Shown here one piece after another: positions 58,491 through 64,000 of a stretch of DNA of 64,000 nucleotides. The translations under genes and the position numbers were made by a program. The stretch is from the human T2T-CHM13v2.0 reference genome, Homo sapiens, in the NCBI RefSeq assembly GCF_009914755.1, contig NC_060926.1. One strand, given 5' to 3'. The notes under the pieces are model-generated. The model was given only the letters and a program-made list of their open reading frames with translations, was not told where the DNA came from and made no database searches. Numbering within the stretch: position 1 is the stretch's first letter; each line of letters opens with the position of its first letter.

Positions 58491-58969
58491 CTTATGGCTG
58501 CAGAAACCTCAGGTAAGTCCCCTTTATTTCTCACAGCAGCAGCTATTACTCATTTTATATAAGTTTATAAAGTTGCCTTTGGAAAGAAAATCAAGCTCCA
58601 TCTTTGATTTATTTTTAATTTGTTTTAATTGAGTATTAAATGTTCAATGCTACATTTGAAAAGTAAGAATCAAAACTTTGATTTTCTAAAGCCTGAAGTA
58701 CAAATATGTAGGACTAGATTCTAAAATGTTCTTTAAAATAAACATTCCTGGTTGAACATTGTACAACACCATCTCTATTGCCAGAGATTATCTTGCAAAA
58801 AAGCATGACATTTGTTGTTGTGGAAAATAGAGTAGGAAATGGAAGAGAAGAGGATGAGGCTGAGAGAGGAGGAGCCTTAGAAATGAGCTCCAGAAATGAG
58901 GAGAGGGAAGTGGCTTCCCCAGATCCGAGGACTATCCCCATGTGGGACTGGTGGTAATTGGTGCCACGA

Positions 58970-59195
58970 AGCACTCACTATATGCACCTACTGTGAGTGA
59001 TATGCTCTTTATGTAGATTATCTTGTTTAGTCTTTACAATTTTATGATACAGTTTTCTTGTTTTGGAGGTGAGGAAACAGAGGCTCAGGGAGGTGAAGCA
59101 AAATGCTAAATTCTACGTAAGCAGTACTAAGTGACAGAAGTGGAATTCAAGCTTAGTTTTGCCTAACTCCAAAACCCATGTTCTTGAACTGCTTA
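58970..59195 (-). mobile_element. MIR
   Basis: ggtgaggaaacagaggctcagggaggtgaag...ggaattcaagc...actccaaaacccatgttctt. Confidence 0.8.
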
Positions 59196-59305
59196 GCCTC
59201 CAAACTGGATTCTAAAGCTACGCCCAAGGATGAGAAAATGGACTTCTATAGTGGTGGCTTGAGAAAGAAGACCTACAAATAGAGCTATGGTTTAAAGGAT
59301 GATTC

Positions 59306-60146
59306 TGAAACAGGAAAGGTTCCCTTGTCCCTCTCTCAGGGTGTGCGATGGGGGAGTGGCTCACTTCTTCAGTGCCCCACTGCTCAAACTTCTAGGGGAG
59401 CATACAGACAGGCAGGCTGTGGGGCTCCAACCACATGGCGGTGTCTAGGGGTGAATGTTTACAGCTGAAGCCCCAGTGGGGATGTGTTACAGGGTGGTCT
59501 TTTAGTTTAGCTGTCTATAGGCAGCTTGTATTAACCAGCTCAATTAGACCCTCTACCTTGTCACAAGAACAGAGGCTTTCTGTATCCTGGGTTCTTGCCT
59601 TGGTGTACTAGAAGAATCGGATCACAGGTGGGCTTGGAGAATGAGTGCAAGGTTTTATTGGGTGTAGGTAGCTCTCAGCAGATGGGGGAGCCAGAAGGGT
59701 GATGGTTTTCCCCTGGAGTGGGGACACTCAGTGGCCTGGGCTCTCCTCCCACCACCCTGGCCAAACTCTACATTTTTCTGCCAGTCGACTGCCTGCGGGC
59801 ACGCCAGTGCCTGTCAGTGTGCTACCAACCTCCTCTCGACAGCCAGCCGCTTGCGTATTCCTCCGCCAGTGTGTTTCTCTTGACATCCAGCTGCTTGTGT
59901 CTTCTTTCCACCGATCCGCTCCTCTCAACGTCCAGCCACTTGTGTGTGTGCCCCCTTGGGTCTCAGGGTTTTAATAGGCACAGGATGGGGGTGTTGCAGG
60001 CCAGGGTGGTCTTGGGAAAGCAACATTTGAGCGAGAAGGCAGGAGTGCCTGTCCTCACCCAGGTCCGTGGGCACAGGCCCCGGGTGGAGCCCTCACCAGG
60101 GACCCGCCTTTCTCTACCCAGCACTTCCCTGCCTCCTCCTGTATCA
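59306..60146 (-). mobile_element. LTR1-family solo LTR (ERV1)
   Basis: TG...CA, 841 bp; minus strand starts TGATACAGGAGGAGGCAGGGAAGTGCTGGGTAGAG; perfect 4-bp TSD attc. Confidence 0.85.
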
Positions 60147-60653
60147 ATTCCTTACTCAGAAAAGTGTGCTTTCAGACTTTTTACTTTTGGATTTCTGGCC
60201 CCAATCAGCCAATATCAGTTCATTATAGAATCTACAGAGACACCATAATCTTCCTATTTTAAGACACAATTTTAATTGTAATTTTGCTAAACTCTCTCCT
60301 AAGACAAGCAGCAGCTTTTTATCGCCTGTTATCTAGGGTGTTGCTTTCACAAATCCACACCCTCTGGGCCCGTCACAGGCAGCCAGATCCTGGGACTTCT
60401 CAGTCAGTTGCTTTGCTGACGGTTCTTCAGAGGTGATGAGCTGTGTGTGAAGGCCCCCTTCAGACCATGGTCCCACGAGGGCATTACACATCAGGCATAT
60501 GTGCAGAGATTAGAAACTTCTCAAGGATTTCATGTTCTATTCCAAGAAGTAAGGTCTAAAAATGAAAACCCATTTTAAGCTCTTTTGTGGTTATACTTTT
60601 GGCAACATGGAAGGAGGACAAACCTACACAGTTTTGTGTTGCTTTGTGTTTTT

Positions 60654-60948
60654 TGTTTGTTTTGTTTTGTTTTGTTTTTTGAGACGAAGTCTCACTCTGT
60701 CGCAATGGTGCAATCTCGGCTCACTGCAACCTCCGCCTCCTGGGTTCAAGCAATTCTCTTGTCTCAGCCTCCCAAGTAGCTGGGATTACAGGTGCATGCC
60801 ACCACACCTAGCTAATTTTTGTATTTTTAGTAGAGATGGGGTTTCACCATATTGGTCAGGCTGGTCTCAAACTCCTGACCTCTGGTGATCCACCTGTCTT
60901 GGCCTCACCAAGTGCTGGGATTACAGGTGTGAGCCACCGTGCCCAGCC
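60654..60948 (-). mobile_element. AluS with 14-nt internal deletion
   Basis: TSD tgctttgtgttttt; ccaggctggagtgc is missing between gc microhomologies. Confidence 0.92.
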
Positions 60949-62658
60949 TGCTTTGTGTTTTTGATTTATCAGGCTTTCTCTGGTACTATTTCACAAATTC
61001 AGGCTTGATAATTAATTGCACACTGAACTGAGGTCAGAATGTCTAAGTCAAATGTCAGGTGATCTGCTGGAAATGGAGCGAGCAATATCCTTCTTATCCC
61101 TTTTGCTTCAGTGAGTGTAAGATCTAATTTCTTGTGCTAAAAAAAAAATCTAAATACACGATGGAAGCCTTATCTTGAGATTTTAAAACTTCAATACAGA
61201 AGCATCTTTGTTTTTCTCTTGCGTTCTGCCAGCCTCTTGCAGTAGAAATAAGCCAAGCTTTCTCCTACTCTCTCTAGGGGTAGAAAGACCTTGAAAGCAT
61301 CGGGGATTTGCATGGCTGAGTTCCCTGGGAGGGTAGAGATACAACAGTTGCCTCTCTGGGACTCATTAGACTGTTTTCCTAATCTGAGCATCCAAGCCCA
61401 CACTTGCAAGGAAGGGTTTGTAGTTAGGATCTGCAGTCTTTTCATTCTGCTGCTTGTGCAGCAAAGAAGCCTCACCCTGGCATGTAGGGACAAATGAATG
61501 TGTCCTAACCTTTTGGGCAGGCAGGCCCCAGAGGGAAGGCGATGGCCCCAGCCGTTATTATTATAAATAGTTAGCCTCTGTTCTCCAAACAGAGGCATGT
61601 GTGGCTATCTCAAGTTGCATGTTAACAGAGTTCTAGAGAAAGCAAAGTTTCCAGTCGCCTTTTTGATAAACACATTCTTGGAAAGGACAGCCTGCTACCT
61701 AATGAGAGACCCTAGGGAAGATATTTTGAGCAAGTCTAAGGCCATCTGTCTGTACTCTTTGTGCTCACAGTGTGAAGTACTCTCTCTCTAGTTTAATTCT
61801 CAGGGGTGGTGAATCAGGATCCAACTGGCAGTTGGGATCGATGTCTGTCAACCGTCTAACTTTGAGCCAGGTGGGCAGCTGGATCCCAGGATGTGGGACT
61901 TTCCATGGCCTTTTCTCAGATGTGACATTCCCTGCACCCATCGTGGCTACAGGGATGTGAGGAGAAGGGGTGAGGAAATCCCTCTCAAAGCCCCCAGCCC
62001 TGGATTGATGCTCTGCCGCCTTTCACTTGCCCTTTTGTCCAGACCATCCTGTCCTTTGACACCCAGCACACACATGGTCAGGCCTTTTACTGGAATGAGG
62101 GAATCTTGAGATACAGGCGATGTAATGAGCAAACTACATGGCCTGGGTTGCATGTTATATACACATGTGTGCACGTGTATGTGTGCTTGTATTTGGTCTC
62201 AAAGGCACTGTTTATCCTCATTGTCTGCTCAGTCCTCCTGGGGACAGTGTTCTTTCTTTGCCACACTTCCATCCTTGAAGCCACAAAGATCTCTGGATAC
62301 AAAGCGACTTTTCCTACTAGGCTTCAGATCCACCCTTCAATTTCAGGGATAAATGAATCTCCTGGAACTAGTTTGCTTCTTTGTTCCTCTGGTATTTCCT
62401 GGAATAGGTCCCTAAATAATTTCTGAATTGTCCTTACCATTACTATGAGTAACTCATTCCTTGCCTAGCCCAAGAGCTGTCTGATGGGAGTGGCCTTACA
62501 ACTCTTACAACTCGGCAGTCCCTGTCCTCCTGGCCTCCGCTGCCTTCTTTCTCCCTCTACTCCCTTCCCTCCTATTTCCCTTTTCATGCCATTCAGTTAA
62601 ACGCTATACAATTGCCATGTCTTAAGGTCAACATGGGAACTTCATGTGGTTCAACTGA

Positions 62659-63080
<422 letters not shown>

Positions 63081-63739
63081 TGTTCCTAAGAATTTATCTC
63101 AAATAAACATCAGAACAATTCTTTGAATCTCAGTAACCTAATTCTGGTTCACACCTGCATACCCCCTTCCCAGTCAAATGATGAACCTTCTCAAATTCAA
63201 ATAGGGTATTTTCATGCCCCACTGTGAGCTCAAAATCACAACACAAATGATCCTATTTCTAAATTTAGAGGTTTAGATACATATAGAAAGGGAAAAAAAA
63301 ACAGACATGTTATTAAAGCAAAATCAGCAATAAGTGTCAAATATCAATGTCATTTCATGTTATGAGCATGTTTTAGTATAAAATAGTTTTGCATAGAAAA
63401 AAATGGGGGTTTTTGCATAGAAAATAGGTGAAATAAGTATCACATGAAGCACACATCAAAAATAACTGGCTTAAGCAGGTTTATTGAGGATCTTAAAAGA
63501 GCATCCCAAAGGCAGTGTCCTTCACTCTTGACCCAGCACGGGAAGGCAGGGGTGAAGGGACAGTCTTGCCAAGTCAATCTGGCCAACAGGACAGTGCTGA
63601 GAATAGCTACTGGCTCCCATCCTGAGGAGCCACTTCTCTTGTCAAGTCTGTACTCTTGAGAGTTCTGAAATGGAAACAGAAGGGAACACAGGCAAAGCCT
63701 TCTCTGAATTGTCCAAAGGAGATTGTTTGGAGGGTAGGA

Positions 63740-63940
63740 AGCGGTCTGGACTTGTGAGGTGTCCAGCTTTGCAACACACTGACCGAGTGGCCTGGAACAT
63801 GTCCATTCACCTCTCAAGTTCTTTATCTGAAATTCAGGTGGCTAATAAGGTCGTCACGGGGCTGTTATATTGAGATGAGACCATCTGGGAAGTATTCGGC
63901 CCAGTGGCTAACACATAGGTCCTTAAAGATTTGTTGAATC
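63740..63940 (+). mobile_element. MIR
   Basis: cattcacctctc...ctttatctgaaa...ggggctgtt...cccagtggctaacacatagg. Confidence 0.6.
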
Positions 63941-64000
63941 AAAATTCAGTCAGAATAACACATGTCCCCACTCCTTGAAACAGTTGAAACACTGGGAATT

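Noticed and set aside
59699-60248. 176-aa and overlapping ORFs
   Set aside because: They lie largely within the LTR1-family solo LTR.

Overview
Primate, almost certainly human, non-coding genomic DNA: one Alu matches the human-lineage AluYa4/Ya5 consensus with all CpGs intact. I find no protein-coding gene, RNA gene or processed pseudogene. The ORF track is explained by Alu, L1, LTR and microsatellite translations and by chance ORFs. Much of the window is interspersed repeat: about 28 Alus (many with readable target-site duplications), solo LTRs (MER41B, LTR1-family, LTR47-like, MLT1, MLT2, MER4-group), a near full-length ancient L1, HAL1-like and CR1/L3 remnants, MIR/L2, and DNA transposons including an end-to-end Ricksha (MULE) with transposase remnants. 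I did not find a convincing new biological system. The most unusual signal is a compact multi-step template-switching scar at 21193-21348: a duplication, a perfect 15-bp fold-back and a 54-bp insert copied from 3 kb downstream. Other points of interest are candidate regulatory modules (myogenic E-box/MEF2-TATA, STAT GAS sites in MER41B, AP-1 plus DR1, long GGAA arrays) and a probably polymorphic young Alu. Repeat subfamily names come from recalled consensus features and need RepeatMasker/Dfam confirmation. I could not assign the locus.
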